DNA of 19,787 nucleotides from Thermoanaerobaculia bacterium (GTDB taxonomy: Bacteria; Acidobacteriota; Thermoanaerobaculia; Multivoradales; UBA5704), in assembly GCA_044226625.1 (NCBI GenBank), contig JBGAGQ010000009.1, forward strand, positions 108,590 to 128,376, read 5' to 3'. This document shows, in pieces, positions 8,681-17,445 of the stretch. The stretch's first letter is position 1. Every line of letters starts with the position of its first letter. The position numbers were made by a program, and so were the translations under genes. The notes under the pieces were generated by a model. That model was not told where the DNA came from and did not search any database. It saw only the letters and a list, made by a program, of their open reading frames with translations.

Positions 8681-8963
8681 ACGCCAGCGCCAAAGGCGCG
8701 GACCCATCTCCCCGTATCTACGGCGCGACGCAGCCTCAACGCCGCGAGTCCACACGAACGCCAGCGCCAAAGGCGCGGACCCATCTCCCCGTATCTACGG
8801 CGCGACGCAGCCTCAACGCCGCGAGTCCACACGAACGCCAGCGCCAAAGGCGCGGACCCATCTCCCCGTATCTACGGCGCGACGCAGCCTCAACGCCGCG
8901 AGTCCACACGAACGCCAGCGCCAAAGGCGCGGACCCAACGCCAGCGCCAAAGGCGCGGACCCA
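8681..8963. repeat. 77-bp tandem repeat: 3 identical units plus two 26-bp partial units
   Basis: Units ACGCCAGCGCCAAAGGCGCGGACCCA...GTCCACACGA start at 8681, 8758 and 8835, with partial units at 8912 and 8938. Confidence 0.93.
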
Positions 8964-9034
8964 TAATAGCCTGGGGCAACGCCCCAGGACCCGCGCAAGC
9001 CCACCACCCAGAAGCGCTGAAAGCGCGACCCATC
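8943..9034 (+). repeat. REP-like palindromic element (right copy, inverted relative to 8465-8557)
   Basis: AGCGCCAAAGGCGCGGACCCATAATAGCCTGGGGCAACGCCCCAGG...AGCGCTGAAAGCGCGACCCATCC. Confidence 0.7.
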
Positions 9035-9041
9035 CTCGTCG

Positions 9042-10019
9042 CTACGACGCGTTCGCCGCCTCGGCGCTCGCCGCCGCCGTTCGTACCCTTTCCCAATCGA
9101 ACACCCCCACCAACTCCTCCGCCCGGCACGGTTCCGGCCGGTCGAGGAGGCCGAGCGAGGCCGCCAACCGTCCGACGATCTCTTCCGGCGCGACACCGGA
9201 CTCGCGCAACGTCCTTAGCCGCGCCGAGTCGTCTCGCTTCGAGAGCTTCTCGCCTCGTTCGTTTACGACCAACGGCAGGTGGGCGTACTCGGGCAAGCTC
9301 CCCCCGAGCGCCTGTATCAATTGGATCTGGCGCGCGGTGGAATCGATCAGGTCCCGCCCCCGGACCACTTCGGTGATGCCCATCGCGAGATCGTCGACCA
9401 CCACGGCCAGTTGGTAGGCGTATACGCCGTCCCGCCGCTTCAGGACGAAATCGCCGACCATCTCGTCCACCCGCTCGGTGATCGGCCCATAAACCCGATC
9501 GACGAAGGAGACGGGTTCCGCATCGACGCGGAACCGAAGCGCGGCATCGGGATTCTTCATCTCGCGGAGCGCCGCGAACCAACCCGGTTCGAGGTTCTGC
9601 GGGCGAAGGCTCGCGGGATACGGCGCGCTCCCCTCCCGGCCGTGCGGAGCGGTCGCGAGATTCGCGAGATCGGTCCGCGACAGGCGGCAGGGAAACAAGC
9701 GCCCCGCCTCGGCCAATTGTTCGAGCGCCGCCTCGTACAGCTCGCCGCGGCGCGATTGGACGTACGGCGCGTAGGGTCCGCCGACCGGCGCCGGCCCCTC
9801 GTCCCAATCGAGGCCGAGCCAGCGCAGATCTTCCTCCGCCGCCTCCGCAAGGCCGGGCACCGTGCGGGGACCATCGAGATCTTCGAGCCGCCAGACGAAG
9901 GTGCCCCCTCGCGAACGGATCGAAAGCCAGGCCGCGAGCGCGGTCCGGGCGTTACCGAGGTGAATCCACCCCGAGGGGGTCGGGGCATACCGGCCGCGCG
10001 GCGCGCTCAAACGATGCAA
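9042..10019 (-). CDS. gluQ: tRNA glutamyl-Q(34) synthetase GluQRS
   Basis: GRYAPTPSGWIHLGN (HIGH-like), RLEDLD, GDFVLKRRDG, YQLAVVVDD, VVRGRDL and KLSKR motifs. About 325 aa with no anticodon-binding domain. The exact start is uncertain. Confidence 0.88.
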   Translation of the reverse strand: MHRLSAPRGRYAPTPSGWIHLGNARTALAAWLSIRSRGGTFVWRLEDLDGPRTVPGLAEAAEEDLRWLGLDWDEGPAPVGGPYAPYVQSRRGELYEAALEQLAEAGRLFPCRLSRTDLANLATAPHGREGSAPYPASLRPQNLEPGWFAALREMKNPDAALRFRVDAEPVSFVDRVYGPITERVDEMVGDFVLKRRDGVYAYQLAVVVDDLAMGITEVVRGRDLIDSTARQIQLIQALGGSLPEYAHLPLVVNERGEKLSKRDDSARLRTLRESGVAPEEIVGRLAASLGLLDRPEPCRAEELVGVFDWERVRTAAASAEAANAS

Positions 10020-10046
10020 CCCCGGCGCTTTGCTACGGGCACAGCC

Positions 10047-11526
10047 CTACGCGGCCGCCCGCGCCTCGGACTCGGGCAGGCCGCGGTGCGCCTCCAGGAA
10101 CGTCTCGGGCTTGCTGAACGTCCCGGCAAGGCCCAGGCCTCGGCGAACGTCGCCGAGCCCCACTTTGCCGCTCGCCACGGCGAGGCCGATCTGGAAATAG
10201 GTGCGCACCCGCCCTCTGTGGCGGTACCGGACGTCGAGCACGTGGCGCCAGAGCCGCGAGTACTCCTCATAGAAATCGGCGAGCGGCAGCTTGGTCGGCA
10301 GGACCGCGTGGACGATGTCGAACATCTCCCAGTTATGGGTCGTCACCTGCGCCTTCGCGCTCTCCCAGAGATCCGTGCCCGGCAGAGGGGTGAGCACCGA
10401 GAAACCGCTGTTGTAGGCGCCGGTCGCCGCGATCCATTCGCGCAGTCGCGTGAAGTCGTCGTGGTCCCACGCCGGATCGACGATGAAGTTCGGGGTGTAG
10501 CCCACGCCCAGCTCTTTGAGGATCTCGAGCGCGCGGACGTTGGTCGCCGCCGTGTTCTTCTTGTTGACCGCCCGGAGCCCCTCGTCGGTGATCGATTCGA
10601 GGCCGAGGAAGATCGCGAGGGAGCCGCATTCCTTCCACATCTCGATCAGGTGGGGGAATTTGCAGATGATGTCGGTGCGGGTCTGGACGGTGAAGTACTT
10701 CTTGATCCCGGCCGCCTTGATCGCGCGCGCCATCTCTTCGCTCCGCCGGACGTCGAGCCAGAAGATGTCGTCGGTGATGAAGATGTTCGGCGCCTCGATT
10801 GTCGTCGGTGATGAAGATGTTCGGCGCCTCGATCTGCTGAAGCTCGGCGACCACGCGCTCGGGCGACTTCTCGCGGAACGTGCTCTTGTGGAACTTCCAG
10901 ACCGAACAGAAATTGCACTTCCAGGGGCAGCCGCGCGCGGTCTCCATGAGCGCGAGCGGCTTCCGAAAGTTGATGTAGTAGCCGGGCGCGTAGCGCGAGA
11001 TGAGGTGTCGCGCGGGGAGCGCCATGGTGTCGAGATCGTCGCGCATCGGCGCCGGGGCGCCGGTCGCTTGAGACCCGCCGCGGTTCCAGACCAAACCGGC
11101 GACGGCGCCCGGATCGCTTCCCTTTTCGAGCGCCTCGGCGAGGCGCGGCAGGATCTCCTCCCCATCCCCCACCGCGATCGCATCGATCGCCGGGTGCTCG
11201 AACCACCCCGGCTCGCGCGAGGCGTCATGCCCGCCGAGCAGAACGAACGCCTTCGGAATCTCCCGCCGGATCCTCTCGGCGAGCGCCACGGCGCGGTTCC
11301 GCTCCGTCGTGAAGTTGCATTGGATGCCCACCAGATCGGGCGAAAACGCCTTGCAGTCGGCGACCCCGCGCTCCAGCCCGTCGATTCGGAGGTCGATCAC
11401 CCGAACCTCGTGCCCCTCCGCCTCCAGACATCCGCCGACCGTAATCAAGCCGAGCGGCTCGACGAAGGTCAGCATTTCAAGCCCGAGAATGCCGCCTATC
11501 GGCGGCTTGAGAAGAGCGATGCGCAT
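10047..11526 (-). pseudogene. Cobalamin-binding radical SAM methyltransferase (HpnR hopanoid C-3 methylase-like), frameshifted by a 34-bp duplication
   Basis: N-terminal EPLGL...GHEVRVIDL B12-binding region, RGCPWKCNFC motif and C-terminal FDIVHAVLPTKLPL. Removing one copy of the duplication restores a 481-aa ORF from ATG 11526. Confidence 0.8.
10766..10833. repeat. Perfect 34-bp direct tandem duplication
   Basis: TGTCGTCGGTGATGAAGATGTTCGGCGCCTCGAT occurs at 10766-10799 and at 10800-10833. Confidence 0.95.
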
Positions 11527-11877
11527 GGCTCTAACCTCTTTTCGTGGGTTTGATCGAGCCTGTGGAGTCTGTACCCGGGCGGGCGGGGGGTCAAGGGTGG
11601 TGCTGCACCTATCTCCGGCGATCACGCGCCGCCGTGGCGATGGCCCGCATTACCTCTTCTCTTCTGAAAAAGAACGCCATACACTACGACAAACCTCATT
11701 GCCTACCATCGGACCCTAAGGCGACGTCCTACGACTCTTCGGAACTTTTGACGTGAGATTTGTCATAGCTGCGGCCGCTGAAAGTGGAGGAGGAAGGGTC
11801 TTTTCGAGACGCCCCAAGATAGACATCCAACCGAAGAAGGTTCGCGCCCAAAACCATAAACGTTTACCGGAGTCCCT

Positions 11878-12567
11878 ATGAGCGGTTCCGACTGGTTCCA
11901 AGTGAGCTTATCAGCGCTTGGTTGTCTCATTGGAGCTGGAGTATCATGGCTATTCTTCCGCGCACAACAGCAATCTGACTTTAACCAATTACGAGCAGCC
12001 GTTTTAAACCTGATCTCGGAAGTGCGAGCAAGCAGCAGTGTTTCCGAGAGTGTGTCAAGAAGCGTAGACACACTAAAAGAGCTCGCCGAAATACGGTCTG
12101 TCGTAAAAGAGGTCGGTCACGGCGTCAACGACCTAAGCTCAAGAATTATCGGGGAATTTCGAGAACATCAAAGGTCCCTGCTTGAAACTGTTCAGGCGCA
12201 ATTTGAGAGACACGTCGAGTCTTCGAGAACACTTCTGCGGCAGGCCCTAGAGAAGGAGTTGCAATTTCTTGTGCCACAACAGCAACACGAGGCTGTCACA
12301 AGCAAGCTGCTGGATCTTGTCGGACATGCGATGAACAGCATGGGTCGCTTTCAACGCGCCACTATCGAACAGGAATCCCAAGTCACACTCACTAAAGTCG
12401 CAAGCGCAGTAACCGAATCGGTACAAGAAGTAGCCCGGGATGTAGAGAAAGTCGAGAAAGTACTCGGCGATCTCCCTGGACCAATCGCGCTACCTGAGTC
12501 TACGGGATCCTCATCGGCAGGCCTGGTTCTCGCTAATACTAGCTGGCCATCGGCTCTCGATCGGTAA
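11878..12567 (+). CDS. Hypothetical protein: N-terminal transmembrane helix plus long alpha-helical/coiled-coil region
   Basis: Hydrophobic WFQVSLSALGCLIGAGVSWLFF segment followed by a heptad-like helical sequence. Ends 43 nt upstream of the deaminase-MazG gene. Confidence 0.75.
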   Translation: MSGSDWFQVSLSALGCLIGAGVSWLFFRAQQQSDFNQLRAAVLNLISEVRASSSVSESVSRSVDTLKELAEIRSVVKEVGHGVNDLSSRIIGEFREHQRSLLETVQAQFERHVESSRTLLRQALEKELQFLVPQQQHEAVTSKLLDLVGHAMNSMGRFQRATIEQESQVTLTKVASAVTESVQEVARDVEKVEKVLGDLPGPIALPESTGSSSAGLVLANTSWPSALDR

Positions 12568-12610
12568 TTCCTTTTGGTTGGCGGGGCTGTTCCTTCCTGA
12601 AAGGTAAGTA

Positions 12611-13933
12611 ATGAACACTGACCGCGACTTCATGAAGATGGCGATAGACGAAGCACGTCAATGCAAGCCTGAAGACGGACGAGTTCACCCGATGGTGGGC
12701 GCCGTCGTCGTTAAGGACGGAATATTGCTCGCGAAAGCGTACAGGGGAGAACTCAAAGGTGGCGAGCACGCGGAGTTCACAGTCCTCGAAAAGAAGCTCG
12801 ATTTAGAAGCTCTCGCTGGATCAACAGTTTACACAACACTTGAGCCGTGTACGACTAGGAGTCATCCAAAGGTTCCCTGCGCGGAGCGCCTGATCGAGCG
12901 CAGAGTCTCCCGTGTTGTCATCGGGACTCTTGACCCGAACCCAGCAATATCCGGAAGAGGCCAGCGCCGACTGCGTGACGCCAGCATCGCAACCGACCTA
13001 TTCCCTTCCGACCTTATGTCGGAAATCGAAGAACTCAATCGCGAGTTTACACGGCACCAAAAGAGTCAAGACGAACGACCGATTGTGTCCTCTGAAGAAA
13101 TCGCTAGGTTCGCTGCCCGTTCACTAGATGATTGGTACAGAATCTCAAACAAGATCTTTTGGAATCAGAACTTTCAACGCGAACCTAGTGCCATCTTCTC
13201 GCATTTGGTTGAGGTTATTGGTGGCCTCTCTGCGCTCGCAAGCAATAAGCGAAAGGCTGGCAATGACCCAGAGACTTACATTGTCAAAGCACTTGCTTGG
13301 TGGTTGGCCCTCTGTGGAAAGCTGGGAGTACGGAGCGTGGAAAGCATGCTCTGGGACAAGTTCCCCGGCGTTTGCCCATACTGCCTCAGCGTGCCCCATG
13401 ATCCAGATATTTGTACCGAGCACAAGGCGGCTGCAGGCGGTCCCCCGTGGAGCCAGCTCGCCGTTACAGGACAGCGCGCTATGAACGAGAAGCCCAGACG
13501 CCTTCGCGAATGGCAGGTGATGTTCTCTCGAATCTACGCAGCACAGCAGACGGAAGATTTCGGTCCTTCTTTCGCGCGACTGGCGGAGGAGCTTGGCGAA
13601 CTTTCCGAGGCAGTACGAGTCTTCCGCGCAGAACCCGGATACGTACTTAGCGAGGCAGCCGATGTCTTCGCATGGCTGATGCATATTCAGAATATTGTTG
13701 ACTCTAAGGCGCAGGTAACCTCTTCCAGGCGCGGAGAAGCTCTGGAATCAGCCTTTGCGAAGGCATACCCCGATGGCTGCACCGCTTGCGGCAAGCGGCA
13801 GTGTTCCTGTCCACCGATTCTGCCCTCCACGGTTGGGCGAATTGCACACGAAGTACCCGCAGGCAGAAGCACATACGCCGACGACGGACGGTTCATGTCG
13901 CCCGATAAGGCTAGCAAGTACTTCCAGGATTGA
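12611..13933 (+). CDS. Fusion of a RibD/CDA-fold zinc deaminase with tandem MazG-like NTP pyrophosphatase domains
   Basis: Deaminase: PMVGAVVVKDG, HAE, TLEPC..x8..C and DPNP. MazG: AEELGELSEAVR...SEAADVFAWL. A preceding degenerate repeat reads HLVEVIGGLS...KALAWW. Each repeat ends in a Cys cluster (KFPGVCPYC; YPDGCTACGKRQCSC). Confidence 0.85.
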   Translation: MNTDRDFMKMAIDEARQCKPEDGRVHPMVGAVVVKDGILLAKAYRGELKGGEHAEFTVLEKKLDLEALAGSTVYTTLEPCTTRSHPKVPCAERLIERRVSRVVIGTLDPNPAISGRGQRRLRDASIATDLFPSDLMSEIEELNREFTRHQKSQDERPIVSSEEIARFAARSLDDWYRISNKIFWNQNFQREPSAIFSHLVEVIGGLSALASNKRKAGNDPETYIVKALAWWLALCGKLGVRSVESMLWDKFPGVCPYCLSVPHDPDICTEHKAAAGGPPWSQLAVTGQRAMNEKPRRLREWQVMFSRIYAAQQTEDFGPSFARLAEELGELSEAVRVFRAEPGYVLSEAADVFAWLMHIQNIVDSKAQVTSSRRGEALESAFAKAYPDGCTACGKRQCSCPPILPSTVGRIAHEVPAGRSTYADDGRFMSPDKASKYFQD

Positions 13934-14140
13934 TCTTTCTTTTCTCCTAGGCTCGAGTTCTAGCGGTATAAGCGCAATACCCAGAGTGATCAAGAGAAAT
14001 TGGGGCAGAGAACGGTCCTTGGCGGGGAAGCACCAGCCCTTGACTACATGCAATCTAACAGCAAATGATCTACTTCCTCACTCGACAACAAACAGAAGTC
14101 GAACTCACGCGCGGATCGCGAGTGCACAAGGAGTCGGAAG

Positions 14141-14629
14141 ATGGATAAGGACGTTCTTTTATCGATGATCAGTTTAATTGGCACCATCGCCTCGCCCCTA
14201 TTCGGATATCTAGGGCTACGCATTGAGAAACGCCGGAACCGTGGCACTCAGCTTCCCGCTGCAAGGCCTGGTCTTGTTTTTGTCGTATGCCTCTCGGCTG
14301 GGCTTGCGTTGACAGCGCTGGTCATGGCGCTAGTGCGGGCCCGGGTAGCAGACGTTTCCGAGGTAGTCATCGCGATAGATACCCCCACCCAGAACACGAC
14401 AAAGTTGCCCATCTTTCTTGCAGGCATTTGCGATATCCCACCGCCGGGCTCCCAGGAACGCGAAATCACGGGCCGCCTGTCGCCAACTCTTTCCGCTGAG
14501 ATGCCCCTTGTTGCTGCCGCACAAGGCCCTCGCCTCCTCAGCTTCCAAATGATCGTGCCGCCGGGCTGGTTTTACAAAGTACGAACGGCTAGTGGGCCGC
14601 CTTGCGCCTTTCGCGGCTGGACCTTTTAG
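14141..14629 (+). CDS. Hypothetical membrane protein (2 TM helices plus small beta-rich C-terminal domain)
   Basis: AAGGAG RBS upstream. Two hydrophobic segments flank a basic loop (EKRRNR). Confidence 0.68.
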   Translation: MDKDVLLSMISLIGTIASPLFGYLGLRIEKRRNRGTQLPAARPGLVFVVCLSAGLALTALVMALVRARVADVSEVVIAIDTPTQNTTKLPIFLAGICDIPPPGSQEREITGRLSPTLSAEMPLVAAAQGPRLLSFQMIVPPGWFYKVRTASGPPCAFRGWTF

Positions 14630-14756
14630 TGCCTCACAAGGAGGAATTCAGATCCCGTAGTCTCATCCGGCAAGGAAGCGATTGGGGCCATTGGGCCGCA
14701 TACTCGCTTGATCCCGATGGCCATGTCCTGGCTTTTGCGACCGTGGAGGACAGCCA

Positions 14757-15500
14757 ATGACCCTATTTCTCCTCTTCCTTCTCTATGCCGTCGGCCTGTC
14801 GGTCGCGCTAGCGCGGTCGGGGTACCGGTCCGGCGACAAGCGTTCGAGCGCCTTGACGCTTCCGTCTCCGACCCGGATCCTTATCGTGGGAGCCACCGGC
14901 GGAACGGGTCGCCAGCTCGTCGCACAGGCGCTGGAGCGAGGCTTGTGGGTTACCGCGTTGGTGCGGAACCCGGCGAAGCTCGACCTGGAGCATCCGCGTC
15001 TTACGGTCGCTCAAGGCGACGTGCTCGACCTGGGCTCGATCGACACGGCCATTCGCGGCCAGGAGGCGGTTCTCTCCGCTCTCGGTCACCGGCGCTACTT
15101 CTATCCGACTCGCATCCTGTCGGAGGGCACGAAGAACCTCCTGCGCGCCATGGAGGCGCAAGGCGTGCGCCGGTTTGTCGGCATGACCTCCCTGGGTATC
15201 GGCGACAGCGCGGGCCGCCTCGGCCTGATGTATACGCTCTTCGTAATCCCCGCGATCCTGCCCTTCTACTTCTGGGACAAGACACGTCAGGAAAGAGCCA
15301 TTGTGGCAAGTGGGGCGGACTGGACGATCGTGCGGCCCGGAGCGCTCACGAACGGCGTGAAGCGCGGTCGCATCCGGCAAGGCGCCGCGGTGGGCAATTT
15401 CATCTGGACGATCAGCGTCCCGCGGGCTGACGTGGCGGAATTCATGCTCGATCAGCTCGCGTCGACCGCCTACGTCCTATCGGCGGTTGGCGTAGCATGA
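14757..15500 (+). CDS. NAD(P)-binding oxidoreductase (atypical SDR, flavin/biliverdin reductase B-like) with N-terminal hydrophobic helix
   Basis: ILIVGATGGTG Rossmann motif, ALVRNP, GDVLD, DWTIVRPGAL and RADVAEFML. GGAGG RBS. Confidence 0.87.
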   Translation: MTLFLLFLLYAVGLSVALARSGYRSGDKRSSALTLPSPTRILIVGATGGTGRQLVAQALERGLWVTALVRNPAKLDLEHPRLTVAQGDVLDLGSIDTAIRGQEAVLSALGHRRYFYPTRILSEGTKNLLRAMEAQGVRRFVGMTSLGIGDSAGRLGLMYTLFVIPAILPFYFWDKTRQERAIVASGADWTIVRPGALTNGVKRGRIRQGAAVGNFIWTISVPRADVAEFMLDQLASTAYVLSAVGVA

Positions 15501-15605
15501 GAGCACGATGCGCAACGACAAAGAGATGATAAGACAGTCTTTCGCGGCGGCCCGTTGCTTGGCGTTCGTTCGTCGCAAAGGAGCTGAAAGGTTCGGGGTC
15601 AAGCC

Positions 15606-16757
15606 ATGATCGAAACGGACCTTCGTCGCCTGATTGAAAATGGGGTTGAAGAGGGAAAGACTATCGAGTACAAGCGTGATCTTCCCGGGACGACCGACTC
15701 AGAAAAGAAGGAATTCCTTGCCGACCTCTCCTCCTTTGCAAACACAGCGGGCGGTTGGTTGTACTATGGAATTCGCGAGGAAAACAGGCTTCCCGTAGAA
15801 CTCGTTGGCGCAGAAAATTCGAACGAAGATGAAGCGATTCAGCGCCTCGAAAATCTGGCTCGCGACGGAATACAGCCACGTCTTCCCAGCTTCCACATTA
15901 TTCCGGTTCGCCTGGCGTCGTCCAAGACTATTCTAGCGATAGAAATTCCAAGGAGTTGGGCCCTTCCCCATCGCGTCACGCTGAAGGGAGACGATAAATT
16001 TTACTGCCGAAACTCCGGCGGAAAGTATCCGGTCGACGTGACTGAACTAAGACATTTGTTTGCGCAGTCGGAAAGCCTGGCGGATAGAATGCGTCGTTTC
16101 CGACAAGACCGGCTTGCCATCATCCAATCCGGTGAGAGTCCGCTTACCAGGAGTGCGACGGCAAAGGTCGTCCTTCACTTGATCTCAGTTCAGGCCTTTG
16201 AGCCGGGGGTTGCCTTCGACCTTTCTGGCATTGATACGCGCTGGCAATCGCTTGGGCCTCTCTTCGCCCCAGTGTGGAATTTTCGACACAACTTTGACGG
16301 CGCTCTAACCTATTCAGTGGAGCATTCGACCGGGGCGACTCTCAGCTATCTTCAACTGTTCAGAACGGGAATCATCGAAGCCGGAGACACCCATCTACTT
16401 GGAGCGGGGCGTGGAAGCAAGTACATCCCCGGAGCCGCATTTGAGGAGAAGCTCGCCCTGACAGTTGGCCCATACCTCGACCGACTTCGAGAACTGGGCG
16501 TCCAGCCTCCTGTTTACCTCGGACTTTCTTTGCTAAGCGTGTTGGGATATCGAATGGCTGTCTCACCGGGCTTCGATGGTCCGCAGAACAATACGATAGA
16601 CCGAGAAGACCTCGTTGTTCCCGAAATCCGCATCGACGACTTCTCTGCCGATTTTCTCAAGATACTGAGGCCTGTCTTTGATGTCGTGTGGAACGCGGCA
16701 GGCTGGCCCGGCTCGATCTACTACGGATCGGATGGAAAGAGGAGGAAATCTGACTGA
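15606..16757 (+). CDS. AlbA_2 (Schlafen-like) domain protein
   Basis: EGKTIEYKRDLP, EFLADLSSFANTAGGWLYYGIRE and PHRV...FYCR N-terminal domain, followed by an unassigned C-terminal domain. Confidence 0.85.
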   Translation: MIETDLRRLIENGVEEGKTIEYKRDLPGTTDSEKKEFLADLSSFANTAGGWLYYGIREENRLPVELVGAENSNEDEAIQRLENLARDGIQPRLPSFHIIPVRLASSKTILAIEIPRSWALPHRVTLKGDDKFYCRNSGGKYPVDVTELRHLFAQSESLADRMRRFRQDRLAIIQSGESPLTRSATAKVVLHLISVQAFEPGVAFDLSGIDTRWQSLGPLFAPVWNFRHNFDGALTYSVEHSTGATLSYLQLFRTGIIEAGDTHLLGAGRGSKYIPGAAFEEKLALTVGPYLDRLRELGVQPPVYLGLSLLSVLGYRMAVSPGFDGPQNNTIDREDLVVPEIRIDDFSADFLKILRPVFDVVWNAAGWPGSIYYGSDGKRRKSD

Positions 16758-16862
16758 CATTTTAGTGCGGCGACCAGGTCCTTTCGGGTGCGAGTCCATT
16801 TTTAAAAGACATCGGTGCCGACGCGTCAGCAGTTGGGGCTACCGTTAGCGCCAGAGGAGCAC

Positions 16863-17185
16863 AGGCCCTACGACGAGCACCTCGCCATCCGAGTCCGCTC
16901 CGCCTTATCACCGAGAAGAAGACGTTCGGAGGCGTCGCCTACCTGCGCCAGGGACACATGTTCGTCGGCGTCTCCGACTCTGCGCTGATGGCTCGGGTGG
17001 GCAAAGAGCATCTCGACGACCCGCTCGCTCGGAAGAACGTTCGGCCGATGAACTTCACGGGGAAACCGATGCAGGGCAACGTCTTTGTGGACACCGAAGG
17101 CACGAAGGCCAAGACGCAGCTGTGCTTCTGGCTCGATCGCTGCGAGGCGTTCGTCGCCACCTTGCCGCAAAAGGTCGCCAAGTGA
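16863..17185 (+). pseudogene. Degenerate TfoX N-terminal domain gene (paralogue of 18304-18642)
   Basis: Aligns along its length with 18304-18642. The start codon is ATG>AGG after a GAGGAG RBS, and a net 16-bp deletion near 16905 shifts the frame. Confidence 0.82.
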
Positions 17186-17219
17186 CTCCGTTACGAAGAC
17201 CTAATTGGTCACGCGCCTA

Positions 17220-17445
17220 CATACTCGAAGTGCGCAACGCTCCGCGGGCGGAGGCCATTGTTGCGGCGCGACAGAAGCCTACCCGAGCCCGAAGCACTCT
17301 CCCTCTACACGCGCGGGCTGGTCCCCAACGGCTGTACACCGTTGGTGAACAGCGAGAATGCGCCGGTACGTAGCGCCCGCGGACCGTTACCTCTTCCACA
17401 GCTCCGCAGCGTCCGGGTACGGGTTCCTCGTGAGGTTGCGCCACG
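17220..17445. repeat. Diverged copy of the segment at ~19288-19535
   Basis: Shared blocks occur in the same order: CATACTCGAAGT, GCGCAACGCT, AAGCACT, CGCGCGGGCTGGT.CCCAACG, GCGAGAATGC.CCG, CGTAGCG.CCG and CCTCGTGAG.TTGCGCCAC. Confidence 0.75.

Noticed and set aside
8681-8963. CRISPR array
   Set aside because: The sequences between repeats are identical rather than unique spacers, and no cas genes are present. It is a tandem repeat.
9042-10019. Glutamyl-tRNA synthetase gltX
   Set aside because: Too short and lacks the anticodon-binding domain, which fits GluQRS.
7399-10811. Long plus-strand ORFs (7399-9417, 8390-9376, 9279-10811)
   Set aside because: Antisense to well-supported genes or running through repeats, with low-complexity Arg/Pro/Ala-rich translations.
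10047-11625. Two separate overlapping radical SAM genes
   Set aside because: Both ORFs are halves of one gene split by the 34-bp duplication.
11530-11877. tRNA/att site or integrase at the island border
   Set aside because: No cloverleaf, flanking direct repeat or recombinase ORF is recognisable.
12611-13933. Riboflavin biosynthesis ribD
   Set aside because: Only the deaminase domain is RibD-like. The reductase domain is absent and replaced by MazG-like repeats, and no rib genes are nearby.
16958-17185. Intact 75-aa gene
   Set aside because: It is the 3' part of the frameshifted tfoX copy.
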